Assembly: GCF_000372725.1 (NCBI RefSeq)
Contig: NW_005201165.1
Span: 126,853 to 190,852, forward strand
DNA from: Emiliania huxleyi CCMP1516
Taxonomy: Eukaryota
Direction: 5' to 3'
DNA length: 64,000 nucleotides
Numbering within the stretch: position 1 is the first letter of the stretch; the number at the start of each line of letters is the position of its first letter. A program made the translations under genes and the position numbers. Shown one piece after another: positions 1 to 9,960 of the stretch. Under the pieces are notes generated by a model. The model was not told the DNA's origin and did not search any database. It saw only the letters and a program-made list of their open reading frames with translations.

Positions 1-90
1 ATTGGTGCGGGACTGGTCGCCGATGCGCGCCACACAACCACCGGGCTTGCGCAAGCCGTCGAGGCCACCGCCCAGGCAAGTGCCGATGAC

Positions 91-1105
91 GTGGCGCAGG
101 TGGCCAACCCGGAGGAAGCGGACGCCTTCTCTCGCGTCGTGCTGCTGTCATCCTCCGACACGCTGCCTGACTCGGCGCTCTCCCGTCTCAACGCCTTCAC
201 CGCAGGGCTGACGTCGCGTGGCGGCTCCGATCATCTCGACCCATCCGCCGACGCCGCCGAGGGTGCAGCTGATGCAGCTGCAGACGGCGCAGCTGATGCG
301 GATGCAGCTGACGCAGCCTCGGCGGCGTCGCAAGCTGACGCAGCCGCGAGGAACGAGAGCGCCGGCGATGTCCACGTGCGGCGTGCCGCGCGTTCGGACG
401 AGCCGCTCTCCGAGTTCAACGGCAACGGGCTCAACTTGATGCGCATCTTCCGCGCCATCTGCCCGCTCCTGCGCTACCAGGAGAGCACGCGAGACGACGG
501 AACGAGGCACATCCGCTCGTGGCCGCTGCAGGCCAACGGCACGCTCTCTGCCGCCGACACTCAGCAGGCGGTGGCGCGACGAGTTCGGTGAGCGCTTCAA
601 GCGCGGCGAGGACGTTCCACTCCCGCCGCTGAATCAGCGGCAGCGCGCCGCCGGCCGCAGGCTCCTGCCCGTCCTCCGTCGGATGGGCGCCGCTCAGCGT
701 GATGGAGATGCGAGCCGCACACGCAAGGAGTACTCAGAGGCGGTGGCGCTTGTGCACCGGATGCACTACCTGCTCGTGGGCGCGCCAGGCACCGGCAAGA
801 GCTTGCTCCTACGCGCGCTGCTGCAGCTAATGGACGAGGAGGACCTGGGCTGCGCCATCTTCTCGGCGTACACCGGCGTCGCGGTGACGGCGCTGCCGCT
901 GCCCGCTGCCACGTACTGCAAGCTCACCGGCATCCCTGGCGACGCGGGCTCGACGCTCGAGGATCTGCCGGCGGCTTCTGACCGAGCGCAGCGGACGTTC
1001 AACGCAATCGTGGGCGACGCGCACCGCCTCATCATGATCGTGCTGGACGAAGCCTCGTTCCTTGGCACGCCGCACCTGCACCACCTCGACCAGCGGCTGC
1101 AGCTC
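91..1105 (+). mobile_element. Helitron-like relic: PIF1-family helicase N-terminal fragment plus an upstream Helitron-type motif
   Basis: ORF 683-1252 has Walker A (LLVGAPGTGKS), an 'AYTGVAV' motif Ia and Walker B (IVLDEASF..HHLDQRL) typical of PIF1 helicases, then breaks off at ~1105. ORF 91-591 contains 'DEPLSEF...IFRAICPL', resembling the P-x-SEF...FP.LFP segment upstream of Helitron Rep. No Rep HUH/Tyr motifs are visible. Confidence 0.55.
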
Positions 1106-1212
1106 TCATCTCTCTCCAGTACTCGAACTTCGATATCTCTCTCGACTCTCGTCTCTCGACACTCGACGAGGCGAGGCGCAGGCGGGACAACCCTGTGCGT
1201 GACGCCTTCTGT

Positions 1213-3002
1213 TCACGACGCAACGGCGCGGTCGAGCGTGTCGCGCAGGTAGGACACCCGCGCCTCCTCCCCTGGCAGTTCGTCCCATCGCCATTGCGGC
1301 ACGGACACGAGGGTCGTACCCAGCAGGCGCAGCTGCCGGTGCTTGAGTCGCGTGGCGCCCGACGGGCGGCGGCCGCACAGCCGTCCCGGCCCATCGCCCT
1401 CTACCACGACCTGCGCGGGAAGGCAGCCTTGCGCATCCAAACAAGGATATATGGCCCAATCTCGGCTCATCTCGGCTCGTCGCGTTGCCTGCTCTCCCCT
1501 CCACTCTGCTACCCAGTCGAGGGCGTGCCTCGTCTCGCCGTCCACCTCGTCCTGCATCGGGTCCGCCTCGAGCAGCTCGAGCGCCACGCCGATTTGCTGT
1601 TGCAAGCGCGGCAGCTCTCCGAACTTGCTTGTGTGGCACCCGGCGATCACGCTCTTGGGACCGACACACTCGGCAGGGTCGGGGCATACGGTAGGCCTGG
1701 CGGGCGGGCGGCACGGTAGGCAGTGGAGGGGGAGAGGTCAAGGACTCTGAGGCGTCGTGGCCGCATGCGTTCGGTTGAACTGGGGCCGAACGGGAGATGC
1801 CTCACCGGGGAAGGGCCTCCATCACGCCGCGCTCGTCCGAGACCCACGTGCGCCACTGATGCAGCAGGTGGCATTCGTCCTGTAGGGAAATCCAGAGAGG
1901 GCTCAAGGGTAGCTCCAGCCGAAACAGCTCTTCCGCGCTGTATCTCGACATGAGTTAGCTCGTTCTCTGCCGCGTTGAGCACCTGCAGCGAAGAATGGCG
2001 GCAGGACTTCTGAATGCTATGAAGATGAGCATCGCACTTTCAAATGCTACGAAGATGAGCAGGGCAATGCGGTGACTATCCACGCAGCATGTACAACGCC
2101 GCGCACCGCCGCGAAGCTGCTTCCAAACAGCCCATTTGTGGGGAGGTGGTCCGCCACGGCGAAGGACCACGCCATGTTCACGAGCGCCCGCCTGCCGATA
2201 TAAGGTGGGGTGATTGTGGCGTGTGAGAATGAGGTGGGAAACGGGTGGCCAACCTGCCCAGCTCGTGAAGCTGCGGCGCCGCTTCCTCCGCCACGGCGCG
2301 GAACAGAGCAGGCACGGGATGTCCGGCGGTCGCAAAACCGAGCGCCGCCTCAACGAGCGTTTCGACATCGATCTGACCGGATCGCGGCGAGATGGCGGCC
2401 GCAACGGAGTCCAGGAACGACTCAGACACCGGATGGCGCATCTGCGTGGTAGCGGCAGCGTGAGTGGGTCGGTGAAAGTGAGGGAGTCAGTCGATGGAAT
2501 GTTGCACCACGCCAAGCGACTTGACCACAGAAATAAGGTCCCGCGGCTCAAACTCGTCGACCCGTTCCTCCACCGTTGCCATGACGGCGTCCATTAGCTC
2601 CAGTGGCGCATGGGCGACCGCCGCAAACGTTTCGACCGTGTTGCAGACCGCCCGTGGACTCAGGCTGCTCATCCTCTGCGCCAACGCCAAAGCAACGGCG
2701 TCGAGCGTGGCTGACGATCCCTGCGAGGAGGCGCAAGGGAGGTAACGCCCCACCGCAACATCGTTCCCAGAGATCACCGCAATATCTGCCTGCGAGGTAG
2801 ACATCACGAGTTCCCACGCATCGACCAGCGCCTGCGAGGAGGCAACAGAAGCGGAGCCATTGACAGCGTTCGGGACTGCGGCTGCAAGGTCCTTCGCACA
2901 CGTCGCCTCTGCCAACCGATCTCTGCACACGGGCTCGATCGATTGGTCCCGCGAGAAGATGCCTCCTCTCAACGCGAGGAGCGACAGGAGCTTGGCGGCC
3001 AT
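1213..3002 (-). CDS. RAP-domain protein with upstream helical (FASTK/OPR-like) repeats, multi-exon, probably organelle-targeted
   Basis: C-terminal 'VVVEGDGP..GRRPSGATRLKHRQLRLLGTTLVSVPQWRWDEL' fits a RAP domain. Upstream exons carry repeats such as 'SLSPRAVCNTVETFAAVAH' and 'EFEPRDLISVVKSLGVVQH'. Hydrophobic N-terminus MAAKLLSLLAL. Confidence 0.75.
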
Positions 3003-3200
3003 CACACCACCTCCAACAAGTACCAACAACTTTTGGAAGTAGAGCTAGAGAGGACGTCGTTCCGCGGAACTTTGAAACTTGCTATGTGGTTTTACTGGTT
3101 TCCGCCACAACGCTGCCGCTTCTAGCTAAATGCCCGCCAACAACACGTTCTGTGGCAAACGTGCCTAAACTAGTACCGAAAACCGACCGAACGCCGCCGT

Positions 3201-3536
3201 GGAGAGCTAACTAAGAGGTAGGTAGCAGCCCCTTGGAGTGTGAAGGCTTCGTAGCCCTGCCGTCTACTATGAAGATCCGCAGGACTGGAGCGAAAAAAAG
3301 CAAGCGAGTGGGTAGGTAGGTGGCCGGAGCGCGGATCGATCGATCGAGGGGGAAATGGCAACTTTCAGGAGAGCTAACTAAGAGGTAGGTAGCAGCCCCT
3401 TGGAGTGTGAAGGCTTCGTAGCCCTGCGGTCTACTATGAAGATCCGCAGGACTGGAGCAAAAAAAAGCAAGCGAGTGGGTAGGTAGGTCCGGCCGGAGCG
3501 CGGATCGATCGATCGAGGGGGAAATGGCAACTTTCA
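3201..3536. repeat. Tandem duplication, two copies of ~167-169 bp
   Basis: GGAGAGCTAACTAAGAGGTAGGTAGCAGCC...GGAAATGGCAACTTTCA occurs at 3201-3367 and 3368-3536 with few differences. Confidence 0.95.
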
Positions 3537-4407
3537 TGAATTCTCGAAACACTCAACCTCGACATCTCGACAACAAGATCACCCCGATCACCACTTCGAC
3601 CCTTATGATCACCCTTCTCCCCGATTCAAGGCCGTGGTGATATCTCATAGGACATAGCCACATATACATAAAGTTCGATCGTGCAGCGTGGAGCGGCCGC
3701 TCTCCGGCTAGCTGCCCGACGGCCGGGGCGAGCGCAATCCAAAGCCAACGGGTCCACGCTGCGGTGGGAGCCTCTATATGTTTATGTTGATATAGAGTTA
3801 GAGAGTGTGGCTTCCCCAAGTAATGTCATACATCAAAATGAGGTGTAATTATAGACCAAACGACACTCCTATCTGTATCTCACAGATAAAAGACAGTTAC
3901 AGACAGAGAAAACATGCGATGCATACAGATCTCGATTTACATGGTCACGGAGCGCGGAGCATGTCCTTGCCACACTTGCAGACGGGTGTCTAGACCTGGC
4001 GCGAGGCAAAGTCAAAGCGCGAAAAACGGTACAAATTTGGTCGGCGCGGGGGCGGGCGCGGGGTGGCGGGGGCGGAGAGAGCCCCGTCGCCGCCCCTCTC
4101 TCCGCTTTCACGCTGCGGAGGCGTGGGCGTTTGCATTCACTTCGCCCTGCCCTCTTCCGGCGGCAGGTCGCTCCAGTAGTAGGTGAGCTCGACGCTCTCG
4201 CTCGCCCTTCCGCCCTCCGCCTACTCGCACATCGAACGCGACGTCTGAGCCGAGGCGCTTCGCCCGCCCCCGTCTCGCGGGCGCCCTCTCTCATCGCCTC
4301 CTCCTCCGGTGCCGCCGCGGGGCAGATGAAGACCGCGTTCGCTGCCGCAGAGCCGAGGGCGTTGACGGACGCCGCCAGGCGCCGCGCGTCCGCCGCGACG
4401 TCCGCCA

Positions 4408-6456
4408 TCAGAGGCCTGACGCGCGAGGCAGCGGCGTGCGAGGGGGCTGAGAGAGGGAAAAGGCACACAAGGGTTCGGAGAGAGGGCCGCGGCGCGATGG
4501 AGGCTTGAGCTCGCCTGCTCGCGGGCTGCAGCTGCAAGCAGCTCCGGATGAGGTCCGCGAATGCCGCGCGGTCCGGGAGAAGGCTGGTGGCGGGGCGGAG
4601 GTCATGGAGGCTGCTGCCCGCCTCGTACTCGTCCACGTCGCGAGGGTGCCTGGCAGGGAAGAGGAGCGGAGGTCGCTCTCTGACGGCAGCAGAAGCCGGG
4701 GGACGTCCGACCTCAGCAGTGCCTCTCGGCTATGCGCGTCGCCTCTGGTGCATGAGGGACCAGAGCAGCATCCCGTACGAGTAGACGTCGCACTGCTCGT
4801 TGTAGGCGGACCGCTGGACCAGCGAGGAGGAGGAGCGCACCTCGGGCGCCTGCTAAGAGGAGCCGCAGGTGTGAAGAGGCGCTCGGCGGGGGTGGAGGGG
4901 GGCGAGGGTGCGGTGGCCATGAAGTATCGGGTTCCGATGCCGGCCGTGTGGCCTGACGAGGGAGGCGAGGCCGAGGAGGCGGTGGCGGTGGAGGCGGAGG
5001 AGGAGGGCGAGGCCCGCGAAGAGGTCTTGTCGATGAGCGCCGCGATGCCAAAGTCGGCCACCTTGGCGTGCGCCGACCCGTCGAGGAGCACGTTGGAGGG
5101 CTTGATGTCGCGGTGCATGACGTTGTTGCGGTGGAGGAAGGCGATGCCGGCCGCAACCTCGCTGGCGATGCGGCCGGCGAGGCAGGCGGGGAGTGGCTGC
5201 GGCTGCTCGAGCAGAGCGGTGAGAGTGGACGGCAGGAGCTCGAGGAGCAGCGCGCTCGAGCCGTCAGGCATCAGAGTGTGGCCGTAGAGGGCGCAGACCG
5301 ACGGGTGGCGGAGCCGCGAGAGGAAGCTCGCCTCTTTGCGCAGCGAGTGGTTCTTGCGCAAGTGTCGCGTCACCTTGACCGCCACCGGCACGCCGAGCCA
5401 CCGGCCAGAGTAGACTGCCGCCTGGCCTCCCTGGCCAATCAGCCGGACGAGGGTCACCTGCGGGCAGGGTCATCTGCTCAGATCCAGCCGAGATCCAGCG
5501 ACGATATGCAGCGGCAGGGCGGGTGCGGACACCTCGCTGGCCGATATCTCGGCGTGGGGGGCGGCGGAGGCGGCGGAGGCGGCGGAGGCGGAGGGGGCGT
5601 CAACAGGAAGGCCGGTCGTGCCTGGCGAAGCCTGCAGCGCCTTATCGGTGTACTCGCTGCTCGTGTCGATGCTCTGGCGAGGGCGCGGGCTGCCGGCTCG
5701 GCCTCGGAGCGCAGCCCGCGGGCGGCGAAGCTTGACGAAGTAGGAAAGGAGAGCGGCGAGGGCTGCGACGCCGACGACGGCCGGCACGACAATGGCCGCC
5801 ACGGGAATGCCCGGAGGCGGGGCGGAGGGCGGCGGGCTTGGCGGGCTTGGCGGCAGCGGCGGAGAGCTTGGTGGGGCCGGCAGGCAGCACCCGCCCGGGT
5901 CTCCGCCCGTCTCCCAGAACGCAACCGCTATGGGGCACGAGTAATCGATATACGTGCCGCGGTTTGCGCCTGCCGTCCAGTATGCGTGCGCGTCCTTGCA
6001 CGTGTACGGGACCCAAAGGTACTTGTCGGGATGAAACACGCACTCGGTCTTGTTCACCCCCACGGGCAGGCCCGTTTCAGGGTAGTTTGTGTCGCCGATC
6101 CAGTCTGCAGTGTTGTCGCAGGCAAATGTCTCACCGTCGCGCTTACAGCAGCCGTAGCCGGCAATGGTGTCGCTCTTGTACGTCGACTCGGGGCAGATGT
6201 CGCACAGACCGGGCGCTCCGCACTCGCAGATCGCGTTGCTAGACTGGATCCACGTGCTACAGGTTATCGGTGACGTGATGTTATCGGGAACGCTGCATCC
6301 GTCGGTGTTTTGGTATCCCTGCGTGCAGACTCGGCCTATCGACGCACAGTACACGGCGCACGTGCTGTATAAGTTGACGGACCGGTCAATCAGGACCTTG
6401 CAGTCGCCGCAGACGATGCTTTGATCCTGCCACGCCGCCTCGTCGCCGCAGGACAT
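4408..6456 (-). CDS. Receptor-like protein kinase (Cys-rich ectodomain, Pro-rich stalk, single TM, TKL-type kinase), multi-exon; ends approximate
   Basis: Kinase motifs GQGGQAAVY, VAVK, HRDIKPSNVLL, DFG and DVYSYGMLLW. ORF 5470-6456 gives the Cys-rich domain and TM (IPVAAIVVPAVVGVAALAALLSYF). A GT-AG intron at ~5532-5458 joins 'EISASE' to 'VTLVRLIGQGG' in frame. Confidence 0.85.
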
Positions 6457-6599
6457 TACAGAGCAGACTCGATTTGCGGCGGCCTCCGGCGTTCATTGGG
6501 ATGATGGCAGATCCTGAAAAAAGGAATCCGCGCGAGTCCTAACTCGCGTGCCGTCAATGATTCCTTCCTTTGGGTAGTGAGGTTAAATTTCTTTCTTTT

Positions 6600-6710
6600 T
6601 TCGCGATGCGCTCCCTACTCAAGGTTCCCAGGTGTCCCTGATCGTCCTTGAACAAGATCCTGCTCGTGCAGGTGGGGACCCTGTCCCCTTCTGCTTCTCC
6701 CACCCCTCGT
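6600..6710 (+). repeat. Short copy of the retroelement 3'-end family, interrupted by the 6711-9555 insertion and resuming at 9566-9583
   Basis: GTGTCCCTGATCGTCCTT(G)A(A)CAAGATCCTGCTCG(T/C)GCAGGTGGGGACC is shared with 28770-28816 (-) and, from CTGATC on, 44107-44147 (+). The continuation GGTGTCCGTTTTATTTTAT lies right after the second TSD copy. Confidence 0.8.
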
Positions 6711-9555
6711 AAATAAATAAAACGGACACCTCTACTAGGAGATGGGTAAAAAGGAACAGGTCCCCGCCCTGCGATCTTTGTGCAGGGTTCTTTGTGGGTG
6801 TGGTCGGCGACTAGCCGGGGTCGTCCTCCCGGTGGGGGACTAGCACTAGCCGTCTTCCACATGGTCCCTCGGGTCCCTGCTGCTCCTAATCTCGTCGTAC
6901 ATCCTCCTGCTGATCTCCGCAACATCCTGCTCCCTCCCTCGTCTCGCCCTGCGCCTCCGCCTCCCCGTCGTCCGCCCTGCGTCGTCTGGTGACGGGTCCT
7001 CCATAGTCGGTACGTTGAGGTCGCCGCCCTCCTCGTGCCTCTTCCCAACGTTCCCTCGGCGGCCGATGCCGTCTGCTCCGGCTCCCCAGTCCCCGGGTCT
7101 GCCCTGCTCTCGTCTGCGCTAGCTTCTGTTTCGTCATCACTGATGTCCGTCCTCTTCTTTCTCCTCTTGTTGTATGCTTTGTACATCCTCGCGTCGATTC
7201 CTTTTCGCGTGAGCACCACCCTGAAGCCCGCCCAGCAGCTGAACCGCTCCCTAAGTCGAAGGAGCATCATCAGTCTCACCCACTTCGCTCGCTGCCCACT
7301 GTCTCCGCTCCCTCCCGCTTGAGCCGCCGTCGCGCGCGGCCCTCGTTCGTCCCACTGGCTGTTGGCCCGTCCCCACGTTACCTCTGTTATCCCTCCTCCT
7401 CCGCGACTCCCTCAAGGCTGGCCGGGCCTCCTTCCACCCAGCGAAGAGCTTCCTCAGCCACTCAATGTGTTCCTCTCTCTTCATTATGCGCGCGGTAGCC
7501 TCATCGTTGAGCTGGATCCACCTCTGCACCGCTCCCGTCGCCGCCTCGGCCACGACTTGCAAGTTCCTCGTGACCCCGGCGCCAAGGTCCCTCCGGCTCT
7601 TCTCCGAGAGATCATCTACCAGCGCCGGCAACACCCCCCCGACGGCTGGGGCTAGTGCCTCGTACCCGTCCTCATCCAGCACCCTATAGCGTGAGCCCTT
7701 CAGCGCAGCGACATGCGCTATCCTCAGCGTCTTCAGTGTATCCTTGGAGTCGGGTGCCGCCTGTGCTACTTTGCTGATCGCCGTCCCCGTCTGCGCTCGC
7801 GCTACTCTGAGGAACCATCTGGCCTGCTCCCTATTCCCCAGGCAGGCGCCGCTAAGCAAGTGCGCCATTGTCGCCCTAGGCGGGTTCTCATCTTCCTCGG
7901 TCCATTGCTGCGCGGCTTTCCGCACGTTCGGACACAGCGGGTCTCGCTTTAGTGCCGCCCTCCTCGCCGCGTCCCTCGCGGCCTTACAGACGAGGCAGCC
8001 CCTGAGTTCGCTCCTTGTGGCGGCTCCCGGGGTATCTCTCCCCGCCTCTCCCCGCATGATCCTCTCGTGGTGCGCTCCGTGTGGCACCCCCGCCTGCTGC
8101 CGCACCCGCGCTCCCATGACGGTCTTTGTCACCACGTTGTGATCATCCACGTCGATTCAATCTCGCGCTCGCCGTGCTGATCCTTGATCCGCTGGCGCTT
8201 GTCCCATTTGTGTCTCGTTGTTCCCCTGACCACATCGCTCCACAGCGGCCCCGTCACCCCTGCCGTGTGCGACCCCGCCGTGAGCCCCTCGCCGAGCCGT
8301 CCTCGCACCCACTCGTTCGTGTGGCCGCGTGTGGCGTAATAGGTCCTCCGGTCCAGTACCTCCCGCCCCCACTCTCTGTCCGCCGTCCTCCGGCGGTCCG
8401 TGTACAGGCACGGGCGTGTCCTCACTGCTTCACGGATGACGGCGGTGGCATCCTCAATCTCGCTGGCCCCCATGTTTGCAGTCGCCGCGGCGTCGGCGTA
8501 GGCGTTGCTAGCGCACCCCGCGTGGCTCGGTACCCACAGGAACGTGACAGATTCGAGCTGGGCGCGATATCTGCATATCCCCATTCCCTGAGCGGCCCCT
8601 CGAGAGAGCCTTTTCGGTACGCCGCCTCGATCTGCTGTAGCGCGGGCTTGCAGTCGCTCAAGACGAGGCACCTCCTGTCCGCCGCATCCTCCGCCGTTGC
8701 CATCTTACGCAGGTAAGCCAGCACCGCGTACATTTCCGCGTCTATCACCTGCCAGTCGTCTGGCAGTTTGCCGCCCCACAGCCCCTGCCCAAACGCGAGC
8801 CGCAGCTCATCGTCCCCGCCTTCGAGCTGTCCAGATCCCTCGACGGGTCTCCCGAATCGGGCCGGTCCTTCGTACACCCCATACGACACAACTGGTCGCG
8901 GCACGAACCTATCCCCCACCCACTTGTTTGGCATGTCTCTCCCTCCATCCGTCGCAGCGAGGTGCGTGAATGGCCGCGCTCTGTGCAGCGCGAGGCATAT
9001 CCTGGCAACCTCCGCGTTGAGCTCACGGCCCTTCTCCGAGCCGAGCGGCTCTTTATCCTTGCCCATCATAATCTGCGTCCCGTTTCTGTCGGACAGCGCC
9101 CGTGTCCCGACCTCAAACTCGTCCCACCGCAGTAGGAAGCGCGTAAGCGGATCCTCCTGGAGTTCGGCGTCTCTTACCCACGCGCCGTGCCTCGGGGGCG
9201 AGCCCTCCATCTCTCCTAGCCCCGGCACTACCCCTCCCACCTCATCGCGTGTCGCCAGTTGCGGTCTCGCTACTCCGCTCGGCGGCTCTTGCTCTTTTAG
9301 CTCGCACGGCTGCCGGTATCCGAGCGCCTCCTCACTCGCCCTCGCCATCTGTTCCGCCACGTCGCCGGCGTCACTCCCTCTCTTGACCGCTACGACTATA
9401 CCGTCGTGCTGCAACGACAGCACTGCGTGGCCGTTGCGCGCGGCCCAACGCACCTTCGCCCTTCGGCTGATACTCTCCGCCTCCTGAAAGGCGAACGATT
9501 TGACTGTGCGTTCCGGGTGCCCCTTCCCTGGCTTGTGGTGTGCACCCGGAACGCA
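6711..9555 (-). mobile_element. 5'-truncated, frameshifted non-LTR-type retroelement encoding a PolA/TV-Pol-like palm fragment, RNase H and a CxxC...H...C zinc knuckle
   Basis: Exact 10-bp direct repeat CACCCCTCGT at 6701-6710 and 9556-9565. The 3' end reads ...GGTGTCCGTTTTATTTATTT on the minus strand at 6711. RNase H motifs ATDGG / AEMYAV / LSDCK / WVPSHAG..NAYAD and CLVC...MAHLLSGAC are spread over ORFs 8422-9657, 8129-8671 and 7251-8150. Confidence 0.85.
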
Positions 9556-9960
9556 CACCCCTCGTGGTGTCCGTTTTATTTTATGGCGCGCTAACTGGAA
9601 AAACAAAAGAAGAGCTACTTCCTTTTTTCTGTTATTTTCCTTCTTTCCCAATACCACGCGCTGGCGGCCTGGCGCGCAGCGTTGAGCTCCGCGGCCTCGC
9701 GCAGCGCCCAGCGACCGCGTGCCCCCGACTGTACGACACGTGTCTGGGGAATACTCCTCCTACAATTGCCCGGCAGATGGCCGCCAAATGCGAGCGCCCG
9801 TACCTCTCTCCTCCTCCCTCTCCGCAGCCTCCGGGCGGCGCGGCCCGCCGCGTTCTTGCGCCGCCGCCTCGCGCCGCCGGCTGCAGCGCTGCCCTGACTG
9901 GCGCCAAGGAGTCAGGAGCCGCCGTGGGCACGTGCGCGCGCACCAAGCCCCAGCTGCGCC

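Noticed and set aside
6632..6700. Hammerhead or HDV-like ribozyme in the conserved 3' module
   Set aside because: No CUGANGA/GAAA core, and I could not build the HDV nested double pseudoknot.
6711..9583. AAATAAAACGGACACC inverted copies as TIRs of a DNA transposon
   Set aside because: The 10-bp TSD lies inside the right-hand copy. The symmetry comes from antisense insertion into a related 3' end.
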